A DNA stretch of 64,000 bases from Alphaproteobacteria bacterium (GCA_965243135.1 OZ251539.1:256001-320000), one strand, 5' to 3'; shown: positions 1 to 10,783, counted from the first letter of the stretch. Numbers and translations: made by a program. Notes: generated by a model not told the origin, from the letters alone.

Positions 1-606
1 CGGTGCGACGTGACCTCTCCGACCGAAGTGGACGCGCTGCGCGACGCGGCGCTGGACGCTTTCGACGGCCGGATCGACGTTCTGGTCAACATCGCCGGCG
101 GGACCGGTCCGTTGGGGAGAAGCGCCTGGGAAACGACCCCGGAAGAGTTCGACGAGATTGTCGCCCTCAACACGAAGGGCTGCTTTCTGACCATGCGTTC
201 TTTCATGCCGGCGATGATCGCCCGCAAGTACGGCAAGATCGTCAACGTCGGAGGGACGTTCGGACTGCGCGGCCGCGCGCAGCGCGCGGCCTACAGCGCT
301 TCCAAATGGGGGCTTCGCGGCATCACCAAGAGCACCGCTCTCGAAGTCGGGGAGCACAACGTCAACGTGAACTGCGTGTGCCCGGGCATGGTGGACGGCC
401 CCCGCTTCGAGAAGGTCTGCGCCGAAAGCGCGAGGCGGCTCGGCATCTCTCGCGCCGAAGCCCGCCGAAGGCACGAAGCGGAATACGCGCTCAGGCGCGT
501 TTCCACCGCCCGCGACGTCGCGAACGCCGTTCTGTTTCTCGCCGCCGACGCATCCCGTAATATCACCGGTCAGGATCTCGCCGTCGACGGCGGATGGGTC
601 ATTTGA
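1..606 (+). CDS. SDR family NAD(P)-dependent oxidoreductase (5' end outside window)
   Basis: Open frame from base 1; DVLVNIAG, catalytic YxxxK (YSASK), NCVCPG and C-terminal ITGQDLAVDGG are typical SDR motifs. Confidence 0.9.
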   Translation, partial: RCDVTSPTEVDALRDAALDAFDGRIDVLVNIAGGTGPLGRSAWETTPEEFDEIVALNTKGCFLTMRSFMPAMIARKYGKIVNVGGTFGLRGRAQRAAYSASKWGLRGITKSTALEVGEHNVNVNCVCPGMVDGPRFEKVCAESARRLGISRAEARRRHEAEYALRRVSTARDVANAVLFLAADASRNITGQDLAVDGGWVI

Positions 607-616
607 CGGAGGAGGC

Positions 617-2050
617 ATGGCGGATACCGTCATACGCAGGGGAAAGGTCGTCTCGCCGGCGGCGACCGTAGAGGCCGACGTCGCCATCGCGGGCGAGAAG
701 ATCGCCGCGGTGACGATGCCGGGGCTTCTGCCCGAGGCCGAAGTCGAGATCGACGCGGCCGGACTGTTCGTGCTGCCGGGAGCCGTGGACAGCCACGTTC
801 ATTTCCGCGAGCCGGGCTACGAATACAAGGAGGATTGGGCGACCGGCACGGCTTCGGCGGCCTGCGGCGGCACGACCACCGTGTTCGAGATGCCGAATAC
901 CGATCCGCCCACCGGCACGCTCGAGGCGCTGGAATTGAAGCAGCGCCGCGCCGCCGCGCAGGCGCACGTCGATTACGGAATTTACGGCCTGCTCGACGAG
1001 AACAACATCGATTCGCTCGAAGACCTGATCGAGGCGGGGGTCAGCGGTTTCAAGTGCTTCATGGGAAATACCTTCGGCGATCTGCCGGCTCCGTCGGACG
1101 GCGCGATGCTGGAAGGTTTCGAGATTCTCGCGCGGCGCGGGCACCGCTGCACGGTGCATGCCGAGAATCCTTCGATCATGGCCCGACGCCAGGCGCGGAT
1201 GGAAGCGGCGGGCCGCTCGGATCCGTTGGCGCATCTCGCCGCGCGCCCGGAAATCTGCGCCGTCGAGGCGGTCGGCCGCGCCGTCGCCTTCGCGGAATGG
1301 ACGGGAGCGCGGCTTCACGTCGCCCACAAGAGCTCCGGCGACGCTCTCTACATTCTGCGGGACGCGAAGGCGCGGGGCGTCGACGTGACGGTCGAGACCT
1401 GTCCGCATTACCTGCTCATGGACGCCCGGGACATGGAGCGCCTCGGCGGCGCGCTTCGGGTCAATCCGCCGATCCGCGAGCCCGGTCACGCCGACGCGCT
1501 GTGGGAAGCCCTGCATGACGGCACGATCGACATGATCGCGACCGACCACGCGCCGCATCTGCCCGAAGAGAAGTCCTCGGAGAACATCTGGCGCTGCGAC
1601 TGCGGCTTTCCCGGCGTCGAAACCCAGATGCCCGTCATGCTGACGCAGGTGAACGCGGGACGGATGACGATCAACCAGTACGTCGAGTGGTCGGCGGCGG
1701 CGCCGGCGCGCGCATGGGGATGCTATCCGGCGAAGGGCGCGTTGCAGCCGGGATCGGACGCCGACGTCGCCATCGTCGATCTCGGGCGGGGCGGCGTCGT
1801 CGACCGCGAGAAAATCCGCAGCAAGAGCAAGATCACGCCGTGGCACGGCTTCGAAACCACCGCGTCGGTGGTGTCGACGCTGGTCCGCGGCCGCGTCGTC
1901 GCGAGGGACGGCGAGCTGGTCGGCGAAGAAGGGTGGGGCCGGCCCGTGGCGCAGTCGATGCCGCCGCCCCGGCCCCGCAACGTCGACAAGACCATGGCGG
2001 CGATCGTCCGCTCGCCCGGCGGCCGTCGGCCAACCGGAGAATCCGGATGA
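617..2050 (+). CDS. Cyclic amidohydrolase (allantoinase/dihydroorotase/hydantoinase family)
   Basis: PGAVDSHVHFREPG, GGTTTVFEMPNT, carboxylatable Lys in GFKCF, VHAEN, ETCPHYL, ATDHAPH, KGALQPGSDAD; GGAGG RBS. Confidence 0.9.
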   Translation: MADTVIRRGKVVSPAATVEADVAIAGEKIAAVTMPGLLPEAEVEIDAAGLFVLPGAVDSHVHFREPGYEYKEDWATGTASAACGGTTTVFEMPNTDPPTGTLEALELKQRRAAAQAHVDYGIYGLLDENNIDSLEDLIEAGVSGFKCFMGNTFGDLPAPSDGAMLEGFEILARRGHRCTVHAENPSIMARRQARMEAAGRSDPLAHLAARPEICAVEAVGRAVAFAEWTGARLHVAHKSSGDALYILRDAKARGVDVTVETCPHYLLMDARDMERLGGALRVNPPIREPGHADALWEALHDGTIDMIATDHAPHLPEEKSSENIWRCDCGFPGVETQMPVMLTQVNAGRMTINQYVEWSAAAPARAWGCYPAKGALQPGSDADVAIVDLGRGGVVDREKIRSKSKITPWHGFETTASVVSTLVRGRVVARDGELVGEEGWGRPVAQSMPPPRPRNVDKTMAAIVRSPGGRRPTGESG

Positions 2051-2457
2051 GCGACCTGACCGTGACCGCCGGACCGTTCAGATTCGACGCGCGTTTCGAG
2101 CCGGACGCCCCCGATACGGTGGCGGCCTTCAAGGCGGCCATGCCGTTCCGGAGCAAGGTGATCCACGTGCGATGGAGCGGCGAAGGCGTGTGGATACCCC
2201 TCGGCGACCGGGATTTCGGGGTGGGCTACGAGAATCACACCAGCTACCCGGCGCCGGGCCAGATCATCCTGTATCCGGGCGGAATCAGCGAAACCGAGAT
2301 CCTTCTCGCCTATGGCGGCGTTCATTTCGCGTCGAAGATGGGCCAGCTTGCGGGCAACCATTTCGTCACGCTGACGTCCGGGCTGGAGAATCTCCCGGCG
2401 CTCGGCAAGCTGACGCTTTGGGAGGGCGCGCAGGACGTGCTGTTCGAAGCGGCATGA
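2047..2457 (+). CDS. DUF3830-like (cyclophilin-like fold) protein
   Basis: ATGA overlap with upstream gene; HVRWSGEGVW, ENHTSYPAPGQIILYPGGISETEILLAYG, LAGNHF motifs. Confidence 0.8.
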   Translation: MSDLTVTAGPFRFDARFEPDAPDTVAAFKAAMPFRSKVIHVRWSGEGVWIPLGDRDFGVGYENHTSYPAPGQIILYPGGISETEILLAYGGVHFASKMGQLAGNHFVTLTSGLENLPALGKLTLWEGAQDVLFEAA

Positions 2458-3947
2458 CGTCGACGCTTTTCCGTCTTGCGGGCGGAACGGTTCTCACCTT
2501 CGACGAGCGCATGGCCGTTCACGACGGCGGAGAGGTCTGGTTTCGCGACGGGCGAATCGTGGCCGCGGGAATGCCCGGCGTCTGGCGGCCCGCCGCGGGA
2601 GAACCGGTCGAAACCGTGGACGCGTCGGGACGCATCGTCGTCCCGGGTTTCGTGAACGCCCACAGCCATTCCTACACGGCGATCCTCAAGGGGACGGTCG
2701 AAAAGGATCCGCTCGACATCTACATGCTTCGCGTCATCGCCGCCGGCGCGGCCATGACGCCGCGAGAAATCTACGTGAGCGCCCAGCTCGACGCCCTTTC
2801 GATGCTGCGTTTCGGCATCACGTCGGTAATCGACCACCATTCGGAACGCCCGGCGTTGACGGCCGCCGGCCTCGATGCGGTCTGCAGGGCGTTCGACGAT
2901 ATCGGCATCCGGGCGACGGTCGCGCCGATGTTTTCCGACAAGCCGTATATCGACACGATACCGCTCGATCCGGACGCGCTTCCGGCGGAGATCCGGGAAT
3001 GGTACGCCGCCGCGCCGGCTCCGGACCCCGCGGCGTATTTCGCGATCGTTGCGGACGCGCTGGCCGCTTCCGGAAGGGTTCGCGTCGTTCTCGGCGTCGA
3101 CGGCCCCCAGCGCTGCTCCGGGCAGCTGATGCGCATGACCGCCGAGTTCCAGCGCCGTCACGGGGCGGCGCTCCATACGCATATGCTCGAGACCAAGACG
3201 CAGGCCGCCATGCGCCGGGGCGAGGGTTTCGTTCGCCGGATGGTCGATTCCGGGATTTTGAACGAAAGATCCTCGCTCGTGCATTTTATCTGGTCTCGCG
3301 ACGACGATATCGCCGCGGCTCGCGAGGCCGGGGTCACGGTCGTTCACTGCCCGCAGTCGAACCTGATGCTCGGCGCCGGAATTTGTCCGGTGCTGCGCTT
3401 GCGGGAGGCCGGGATACGGGTCGCTTTCGGCACGGACGGCAGCAATTGCGGCCCCGCGAATTATCTCGAAAATTTGCGTCTCGCGACCGGTCTCATGCGC
3501 TTGACGGAACCGGATTTCGAGAAATGGCCGGATTCGGACGCGGTCCTTAAGGAAGCCTATGCGGCCGGCGCAAGGGCGGCGGGATGGCCGGGCGAAACCG
3601 GCGAAATCGCGCCCGGCGCGCGCGCCGACCTCGTGGTTTTCCATCCTCTGGCCCATCTGCACCGGCCGATGGAGGATCCCTATCGTCATCTGCTTCACTA
3701 CGAGAACGGCGGTTCGGTGGAAAGCGTGTGGGTCGACGGCAGAATGGTGGTCGAGGACGGCCGCGTCGTCACCGTCGACGAAGATGCGCTGATCGCCGAG
3801 GCCGAAGAGATAAGCGCCCGCCGCCGGGCGTCGCTGCCGCCGGAAGCCGCGGCCCGGATCGAGGCGCAGCGTTCCGCGTTCCGCAGCATGATTCTGGAGC
3901 AACTGGCGGCGGACGCGGGAATGGAACGTCGTGTTTCGCTGCGTTAG
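2454..3947 (+). CDS. Metal-dependent amidohydrolase/deaminase (cytosine/MTA-SAH deaminase, AtzA-like group)
   Basis: ATGA overlap; PGFVNAHSH, HTHMLE, HCPQSN, FGTDG, GEIAPGARADLVV. Confidence 0.85.
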   Translation: MTSTLFRLAGGTVLTFDERMAVHDGGEVWFRDGRIVAAGMPGVWRPAAGEPVETVDASGRIVVPGFVNAHSHSYTAILKGTVEKDPLDIYMLRVIAAGAAMTPREIYVSAQLDALSMLRFGITSVIDHHSERPALTAAGLDAVCRAFDDIGIRATVAPMFSDKPYIDTIPLDPDALPAEIREWYAAAPAPDPAAYFAIVADALAASGRVRVVLGVDGPQRCSGQLMRMTAEFQRRHGAALHTHMLETKTQAAMRRGEGFVRRMVDSGILNERSSLVHFIWSRDDDIAAAREAGVTVVHCPQSNLMLGAGICPVLRLREAGIRVAFGTDGSNCGPANYLENLRLATGLMRLTEPDFEKWPDSDAVLKEAYAAGARAAGWPGETGEIAPGARADLVVFHPLAHLHRPMEDPYRHLLHYENGGSVESVWVDGRMVVEDGRVVTVDEDALIAEAEEISARRRASLPPEAAARIEAQRSAFRSMILEQLAADAGMERRVSLR

Positions 3948-4031
3948 CGCGCCCGGCGGAGAGCGTCGCTTCCGGCGGAAAGCCTTCCGTCGCCCGACCG
4001 CCGGCGCGGTCCCGGGGAGAGGAGGGGCCGG

Positions 4032-4523
4032 ATGATCCCGGATTTCAGAGAGCGCCTCGTATGGGACGGAGGGGAAATCCGCGACGGCGAAATACGCTAC
4101 CTGATGATCAGGCCGGACGGGTTTATGGGCATGTTCGCGCGCCTGAGCCCGGACGCTCGCGCGGAGGCGCTGGAGGCCGCGTGCGCCTCGATCGCGGAAC
4201 ACGGCGCGAAGAGCGCCGGCGCGTACCGGGACATGGGAGCGGAGGACGCGTCGGCGTTGCTGGACGTCATCGTCCGGACGGCCCCGCAGCTTGGCTGGGG
4301 CGAATGGCGTTTTACGGAAACGGGTTCCGGTCGGCTTGCGCTTCGCGTCGACAACAGCCCGTTCGCCGCCGGATCCGGCGGCGCCGACGGCCCGGTATGC
4401 GCCCCGATACGCGGGATGCTGACGGCGCTGGCCGGCATGATCTTCGATCGCCCGGTTCGGGTTTCGGAGACCGACTGCGCCGCTTGCGGCGCGCCGTCAT
4501 GCCTCTTCGCGGCGGAGGCATGA
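4032..4523 (+). CDS. Stand-alone V4R domain protein
   Basis: QLGWG, VDNSPFA, PVCAPIRGML, ETDCAACGAPSCLF Cys pattern; GGAGG RBS. Confidence 0.8.
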   Translation: MIPDFRERLVWDGGEIRDGEIRYLMIRPDGFMGMFARLSPDARAEALEAACASIAEHGAKSAGAYRDMGAEDASALLDVIVRTAPQLGWGEWRFTETGSGRLALRVDNSPFAAGSGGADGPVCAPIRGMLTALAGMIFDRPVRVSETDCAACGAPSCLFAAEA

Positions 4524-4684
4524 GGCGGCTTGCGCCGCGAAAGCGGCGCCCCGTCCGGACGGCGCGGCGGAGCGGCGCCGACGAGAAGGACAGGAGGAGC
4601 CATGTTTGTTGCCGCAACGCGCCCGGCCCGTTATCCTCGCTCCGACTTCATACCGGATTGTAGAACGAGAACAGGAGGCAGACG

Positions 4685-5680
4685 ATGTTCACCAGAATCG
4701 CGGCGGCAGCGGCGCTTGCCGCAGGGTTCGCGCTGTCGGCGGGCGCGCCCGGCGACGCGCGGGCGGAGACCAAGCTTTCGCTCGTCTATCCGTTTCCGGA
4801 TTTTCTGATCTATACGAAACGGTGCAAGGAACTGGCGGAGAAGATCAGCCGGCAGGGCGACGTCAAGATCGAGGTTCTGCCGTTCAATTCGATCAAGATG
4901 TTCCAGCAGCCTCCCGCCGTGAAGAGCGGCCGCGTCGATCTGGCGTGCACGCCTGCCGCCTTCTATGCGCGCGCCGTTCCCGAGAACGAGGCGATTTCGA
5001 CGTCGAATTCCTCGCCGGCCAAGGTGCGCGCCAACGGCGGCATGGCGATGATCGACGAGCTGCAGCAGAAGCACTTCAACGTGAAATACCTCGGCTGGAC
5101 GGATTCCGGCGCGCATTTCCGGATCTATATGAAAAACGAGCCGAAATGGACGAAAGACGGCCTGCTGGATCTGACGGGCGTGAAACTCCGCGACAATCCC
5201 ATCTACGGAGCCTTCTTCCGCGCCCTGAAGGGTTCCACCCACAATCTCTCGGCGACTCAGGTATACGGCGCGCTCGAAAAAGGCGTCGTCGACGCCAGCG
5301 CCTGGGCGACCTACGGCCTGATCGCGCTCAAGTGGGACAAGTTTCTCCGTCACGCCGTCGCCCCCGAATTCTACCAGACGGACGTCGGCTGGATGATGAA
5401 CCTCGACAGCTGGAACAAGCTCGATTCGAAGTCGCGCAAGCAGCTCGAAGGCGCGGTGATCGCGCACGAAAGCGAACAGCGCGCCTTGCTCGAAAAGCTT
5501 GCGGCCGAGGAAAAGGCGACGTTGGAGAAGGGCGGCATGCGGTTCCACGCCGTTCCGAAGCCGGAGGCCTATCTCAAGATCGCCGTCGACGCCTCCTACG
5601 ATCGGGTCGTCGACCGCCTGAAGAAGGCGAACCGGGACACGGCGCACGTCGCCAGGCTGCGCTCGTTGTTCCAGGAATGA
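4685..5680 (+). CDS. dctP: TRAP transporter substrate-binding protein
   Basis: Signal peptide ending ARA; DLTGVKLR, QVYGALEKGVVD, MNLDSWNKL; followed by small and large TRAP permeases. Confidence 0.85.
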   Translation: MFTRIAAAAALAAGFALSAGAPGDARAETKLSLVYPFPDFLIYTKRCKELAEKISRQGDVKIEVLPFNSIKMFQQPPAVKSGRVDLACTPAAFYARAVPENEAISTSNSSPAKVRANGGMAMIDELQQKHFNVKYLGWTDSGAHFRIYMKNEPKWTKDGLLDLTGVKLRDNPIYGAFFRALKGSTHNLSATQVYGALEKGVVDASAWATYGLIALKWDKFLRHAVAPEFYQTDVGWMMNLDSWNKLDSKSRKQLEGAVIAHESEQRALLEKLAAEEKATLEKGGMRFHAVPKPEAYLKIAVDASYDRVVDRLKKANRDTAHVARLRSLFQE

Positions 5681-5686
5681 ACGCCT

Positions 5687-5716
5687 GCCGGTCCCCGCTT
5701 TCGGGCGGGGACCGGC
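5687..5716 (+). terminator. Perfect 12-bp hairpin between dctP and dctQ (attenuator or mRNA-stabilising stem)
   Basis: GCCGGTCCCCGC-TTTCGG-GCGGGGACCGGC directly after the dctP stop; no U-tract. Confidence 0.55.
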
Positions 5717-5720
5717 CACG

Positions 5721-6308
5721 GTGACGATGCTTCGCAGGGTCGACCGCGTCTGGGAAGCGCTGTTGTGGCTTCTCATGGCCGCCGCCGCGGTCTATGTCGG
5801 CCTGATGCTGGCCCTGATCGTCTACATCACGGTATTCCGCAGTTTGGGCTGGACCTATTCGTCCTATGCGTTCGTCTTCATCGAGTACGGTTTCGTCTAC
5901 ACGCTCTTTCTCGGTTCCCCCTGGCTGATCAGGCGCCGCGGACACGTCTATATCGAGATGTTGACCGCCGCGTTGTCCGGGCGGTGGCGCGACGCGCTTT
6001 CGCGGCTGATCGTGACGATTTGCGCCGCGGTCTGCATGATCTGGGCCTGGTACAGCGGGCATCTCGCCTACGAGGACATCGTGAACGTCACCTACGACGA
6101 GTTGCGCGGCCAGTACGACATCAAGCGCTGGGTGATCACGATCGCGTTCCCGCTGGGTTTCTTCTTGATGGGCGTCGAGTTCCTCCGCTTCGCGTTCGCG
6201 CGCGAGCCGATGCACGGCGGCAAGGCCGGGATCGCGAGCGAACGGGCGGAGATCGAAGAGCAGGCCCAGCGCGGCGAAGCGGTCGCCGACCGGGGCGGAA
6301 GCCGGTGA
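5721..6308 (+). CDS. dctQ: TRAP transporter small permease
   Basis: About 4 TM segments, RRRGHVYIE motif; start may be GTG 5721 or ATG 5727. Confidence 0.85.
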   Translation: MTMLRRVDRVWEALLWLLMAAAAVYVGLMLALIVYITVFRSLGWTYSSYAFVFIEYGFVYTLFLGSPWLIRRRGHVYIEMLTAALSGRWRDALSRLIVTICAAVCMIWAWYSGHLAYEDIVNVTYDELRGQYDIKRWVITIAFPLGFFLMGVEFLRFAFAREPMHGGKAGIASERAEIEEQAQRGEAVADRGGSR

Positions 6309-6328
6309 TGCGGGGGTAGCGGAGAGAA

Positions 6329-7780
6329 ATGGAGTGGTACTGGGTCCTCGCGGCTCTCCTCGGTCCGATCCTGTTTCTCATGTTCGTCGGTTTTCCGGTG
6401 GGCATCGCGTTCATCATCGTAAACACGGCGGCCGCCTTCTTCCTGTTCGGCAGGTTCGGCGATTTCGACCGGAACCTCGAAGCCAGCGTCTTCCAGCTGA
6501 CCGACAACGCGTTCGGCAACATGGCGAGTTTCGCGCTCGTGCCGATTCCCATGTTCGTGCTGATGGGCGAGCTGTTCTTTCACACCGGCCTCGCGAACCG
6601 GATGTTCAATGCCGTCGAGAAACTCATGGGCCGGGTGCCGGCCCGCCTGTCCTACGTGACCGTCGCCGGCGGCACGGCCTTCGCGACCCTTTCCGGCTCC
6701 TCGATGGGCAGCACGGCGCTGCTGGGAACTCTCATGGTCCCGGAGATGACCCGGCGGGGCTACAAGAAAAGCATGTCGATCGGACCGATCCTCGGCACGG
6801 GCGGCCTCGCCATGCTGATCCCGCCTTCCGCGCTCGCCGTTCTTCTCGGCACGCTCGCGGAACTCGACATCGGCAAGCTTCTTGTCGCCGGAATCCTGCC
6901 GGGACTGGTTCTCGCCGGTCTCTACGCGGTGCTGATCCTCGTCCGCGCCACGATCGATCCCGAAGCCGCGCCCGCCTACGAAGTGCTCCACGTTCCCTGG
7001 CCGCAACGCGTCAGGCTGTTTCTGATCGACGTCCTGCCCATGGTTTCGATCATCGTCATGGTGATCCTCCTCATCATGTTCGGCGTGGCGACGCCGTCGG
7101 AATCGGCGGCTTACGGTTCTTTGGGAGTCGTTTTCCTCGCGCTGGTCTATTTCTTTCTCGCGCCGCTCTGGCGCGGCGCCCTTCTGTCGATTTCTGGCGG
7201 GGACGTCGAGGAGCGCCGCCGCGCCTTCGCCGCCGTGCGCGCGTTCTGGCGCGATTTCGGGGCCGCTCTCTGGCGGTCGTTGTGGGGCGCCTGCCGGGTT
7301 ACGGTGATCGCTCTGCTGATCCTGTTCGGGTCTTCGCTGTTCAGCAACGTGCTCGCCGCGTCGCAGGCGAGCGTCAAACTGATCGAGTGGGTCACCGGTT
7401 TCGGCGTGTCGGGCTACGTCATGCTGCTGATCATGTTCGGCATACTGCTGATTCTCGGAATGTTCATGGATCAGCTGGCGATGATGCTGCTGACCGTGCC
7501 GATCTTCTTTCCGATCATTCAGGGCATGGATTTCGGCATGGGCGCGGAGATGCAACTGATATGGTTCGCCGTGATCATGCTGCTCGCGATGGAGATCAGC
7601 TTCACGACGCCGCCGTTCGGCCTGTTGCTGTTCGTGATGCAGGGAGTCGCCCCGCCGGGCACGCGCTTCGGCGAAATCTGCATGGCGGCCCTTCCGTTCA
7701 TGGGTTGCGCGGTCCTCGTGGTCGCGTTGATCATCATGTTTCCGCCGATCGCCATATGGCTTCCGGGGCTCGGCCGTTGA
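6329..7780 (+). CDS. dctM: TRAP transporter large permease
   Basis: PIPMFVLMGEL, LSGSS, GGLAMLIPPS, ATPSESAA, TTPPFGLLLF. Confidence 0.92.
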   Translation: MEWYWVLAALLGPILFLMFVGFPVGIAFIIVNTAAAFFLFGRFGDFDRNLEASVFQLTDNAFGNMASFALVPIPMFVLMGELFFHTGLANRMFNAVEKLMGRVPARLSYVTVAGGTAFATLSGSSMGSTALLGTLMVPEMTRRGYKKSMSIGPILGTGGLAMLIPPSALAVLLGTLAELDIGKLLVAGILPGLVLAGLYAVLILVRATIDPEAAPAYEVLHVPWPQRVRLFLIDVLPMVSIIVMVILLIMFGVATPSESAAYGSLGVVFLALVYFFLAPLWRGALLSISGGDVEERRRAFAAVRAFWRDFGAALWRSLWGACRVTVIALLILFGSSLFSNVLAASQASVKLIEWVTGFGVSGYVMLLIMFGILLILGMFMDQLAMMLLTVPIFFPIIQGMDFGMGAEMQLIWFAVIMLLAMEISFTTPPFGLLLFVMQGVAPPGTRFGEICMAALPFMGCAVLVVALIIMFPPIAIWLPGLGR

Positions 7781-7880
7781 AACCGGGCGCCGCCGCCGGA
7801 CCGCCGCGCGGAATTCCCGCCGCCAGGACGCCGAGCTCCCGAAGGATGGGCGACGGGCCGAGCCCGTCCGGGCGGAAACC

Positions 7881-8786
7881 TTGATTTCCGAACCGACCTG
7901 CGAGGGCCCGAATCCGGCGCCTCCGAAATTCAAGGCGCCGCCGGGCGCATGCGACACGCACGCGCATATCTTCGGTCCGCAATACCCCTACGCCGCCGAC
8001 CGGAGCTACACGCCGCCGGATGCGTCCGTTCCGGATTACCTGCGGCTGCTCCGGGTTCTCGGCGTCGAGCGCGGGGTCGTGGTGCACGCCAGCGTGCAGG
8101 GGGCCGACAACCTGTCGACGCTGGACGCGCTTGCGGAACTCGGCGAGAATTTTCGCGGCGTCGCGGTCGTGCGGCCGGATGTCGGACGCGCCGAGTTGCG
8201 GCGCCTGCACGACGGCGGCATGCGCGGAGCGCGAATGACGACTTTCGTCGCCGGCGGCACCGGCGTGGAGCGTATCGAAACGCTGGCGCGGCGGATCGCC
8301 GATTTCGGCTGGCTGTCCGAACTCCATCTCGGCAATGTCGACGAAATAACCGGAATCGCGCCCGTCCTGCGCCGCCTTCCGACACCCTATCTGATCGACC
8401 ATCTCGGAAGGGTTCGCGGCGATCAGGGCGTCGGCAACGAAGGATTCCGGACGTTGCTGCGCCTGTTGGAGGAGGACGAGAAGTGCTGGGTCAAACTCTG
8501 CAGCTTCTATCGGTTGTCGCGTTCCGGTCCGCCGGATTACGCCGACATGGCGCCGATGGCTCGCGCGTTGATCGCGGCCTGTCCGGAACGGCTCGTGTGG
8601 GGCAGCAACTGGCCGCATCCGAATGCGGGCGGGCGGATGCCGAACGACGGGGATCTGATCAACGTCTTCGACGACTGGTGCGCGGACGACGCCGCGCGCA
8701 ACCGGATCCTCGCCGACAATCCCGGCAGGCTGTTCGGCTTCGACGAACCGGCGGAGAGCGCGTTCGGCGGAAAAAGCGCGCCTTAA
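7881..8786 (+). CDS. Amidohydrolase_2 family, 2-pyrone-4,6-dicarboxylate lactonase (LigI)-like
   Basis: GACDTHAHIFG, YTPPDA, IDHLG, WVKL, LVWGSNWPHP, ILADNPGRLFGF; TTG start uncertain. Confidence 0.8.
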   Translation: MISEPTCEGPNPAPPKFKAPPGACDTHAHIFGPQYPYAADRSYTPPDASVPDYLRLLRVLGVERGVVVHASVQGADNLSTLDALAELGENFRGVAVVRPDVGRAELRRLHDGGMRGARMTTFVAGGTGVERIETLARRIADFGWLSELHLGNVDEITGIAPVLRRLPTPYLIDHLGRVRGDQGVGNEGFRTLLRLLEEDEKCWVKLCSFYRLSRSGPPDYADMAPMARALIAACPERLVWGSNWPHPNAGGRMPNDGDLINVFDDWCADDAARNRILADNPGRLFGFDEPAESAFGGKSAP

Positions 8787-8983
8787 GCGGGGAGGGCGGG
8801 CGCAACGGCGTCGCGTTCCTCCGCCGCAGGCGACGGCGTTCGTCCTGGCGCGTCCTGGCGCTGTCGCGGCGAAGACGCCTCGCCGCGGACTGCCCGCGCG
8901 TCGGCCGACGTCTTTCGGGCGAGCGAGAGGCGATGTCAGGAGCGCCCGTGCCCTCGGAGACTGCCGCTGCGCGGCACCGCCGG

Positions 8984-10482
8984 TTACATGCCCCAGATCT
9001 CGACGTTCGGTTCCGTGCGGCGGAAAATCTTCTCGCTCCAAGGCTTCTTCTCGTCACGAGAGCACCAAATGGCCCGTTTCCGCCGCGCAGCGGTAGCCTG
9101 CAACTTGCTCCAGTCCCGCAGCGACGTCGCCTCCAGGCTCCCGTGCAGCATCTTGCACTCGACCACGAATTTCTGCTCGCCGCCGCCCTTCGGCCAGACG
9201 ATCAGCAGGTCGGTGCGTCCCCGGCCCAGCCCGAATTCCCGCCCGCCCGCCGCCGTTGAGCACCCGTTGCAGAAACGCCTGCAACAGAAGCTGAGGCCAA
9301 GCTTCCGGGTACGCGAAGCGGTCCTTCCAGTGATTTTCGCGGAAGAACGTCTGGAACGCCGCCCTTCGCCGTGTCGAGGCCGCCGTCGGCGCCGACGTAT
9401 CAAGCCGCGTTTTCCTCGTCCTGAGCTTCGAAGGTCAGTTCGCGCCGGATCGCCTCCGCCGGGTTGGCGATGCGGAGCGGCTCGTCCTTCGCGAGCAGGC
9501 CCAGTTCCCGCACGTACTCTATGTCCTCTATGTCACGGTCGATGGCGGCATTCTCGTCCCTATCGGCGAGGATCGGTTCGATCACCCGTCGCACGCGATC
9601 CTGCCCAAGTTGGTACGCCAAATAGTCCAGATGCGTAACCCGACTCAGGATAAGCAGCTCCCTTGCGTCGGCGATGTCGCGGGCCGTCACGGCGCGCGAG
9701 CGGTCGCGCCCGGCCGCGCTCTCGAAGCAGGCTTCCTGCGCCAGCGCGTTCACCAGCCACGGCTGGCCCAGGGTTTGCTCCCACACCGTCTCTTGCGCCT
9801 CCGCCGTGAACGCCTGCCCCGTCTCGGCGGTATGCTGGCCAAGTAGCGCCAGCGTCTCCTCCCGGCTGAAGTCGCCCAGACGCAGCGACTTCGCGACGAT
9901 GTTGAAGGGACTGCCGGTCGAGTCCATGCGGTAGTCGCGCACGTCCCGCACAGCACCACGCTTTGCGGAAACGCCTCTGGACGCCGGGGGTAGCCCGCAC
10001 GCAACTGCCGGAGCACCGAAAGCAGCGATCGGCCCTGCAGGGCGTCGATCTCGTCGATCAACAGCACAAGCGGTTTCGACGACGCTTTCGCCCATTCTTG
10101 CAGGGCTGCCCCCAAAGCCCGTTCGGGGCCGGATTCCGTGAGAATGCCGGCCCAGACGCTGGACGGAAACGGATCGCCGAGCATGTCCCGCGCCGCGTAC
10201 GCCAGACTGTCGAGCACGGTCCGCACAGCCCGTTCCACGTCTTCAAGACAGGCGCCCGCCTCCTCGACGATGGCGTACAGGCAATGGTAATCCTGCCGGG
10301 TCAGCAGACCTTGGAGGGCGATCAGAATGGATGTCTTGTCCGTCTACCTCGGGGCGTGAAGCACGAAATACTTCTCGTCCCGAACGAGCCGAAGCGCCTC
10401 GTCCACATCCAGACGTTCCAACGCGGGGATGAATATAGTGCTTTTCGGGCTTGACCGGGCCGGCCGCGTTGAAGAAGCGCAT
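8984..10482 (-). pseudogene. Degraded AAA-family ATPase with C-terminal PD-(D/E)XK-like domain
   Basis: Pieces in several frames: MRFFNAAGPV, YFVLHAPR*TDKTS (broken Walker A), PLVLLIDEIDAL, GSPFNI, GQPWLVNAL, REFGLGRGRTDL...VVECK; stop codon and frameshifts. Confidence 0.85.
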
Positions 10483-10707
10483 AGTCGAGCAGCTTTCCGT
10501 ACGCTCTCAACCAATGATAACCCGAAAAGCCAACATGCGCACGACCATGGGCCCCGACGAGCGGTACGTCGTGGCGGTAGGCGTTCGGTCGCGGGGTGAC
10601 CTGCCCGTTCCGCCTCCAGTCCCGGTGCGGGCCCACCCTGATTTTGCGTTGCGTTTCCGGGTTTCCTCGGGCTTTCCACCCATGGCCGAACCCTGGAGGC
10701 TCGACGG

Positions 10708-10783
10708 GTCCGCCTCGCTCGACCGGACGACGCTCCCGTTCGACGGAACCGCGCCTGGAGTTCAGGCGTTTCGCCGCTTGCGG
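10708..10783 (+). repeat. ~76-bp dispersed repeat, inverted copy at 13835-13910
   Basis: CTCGCTCGACCGGACGACGCTCCCGTTCGACGGAACC...GGCGTTTCGCCGCTTGCGG matches the reverse complement of 13835-13910. Confidence 0.75.
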
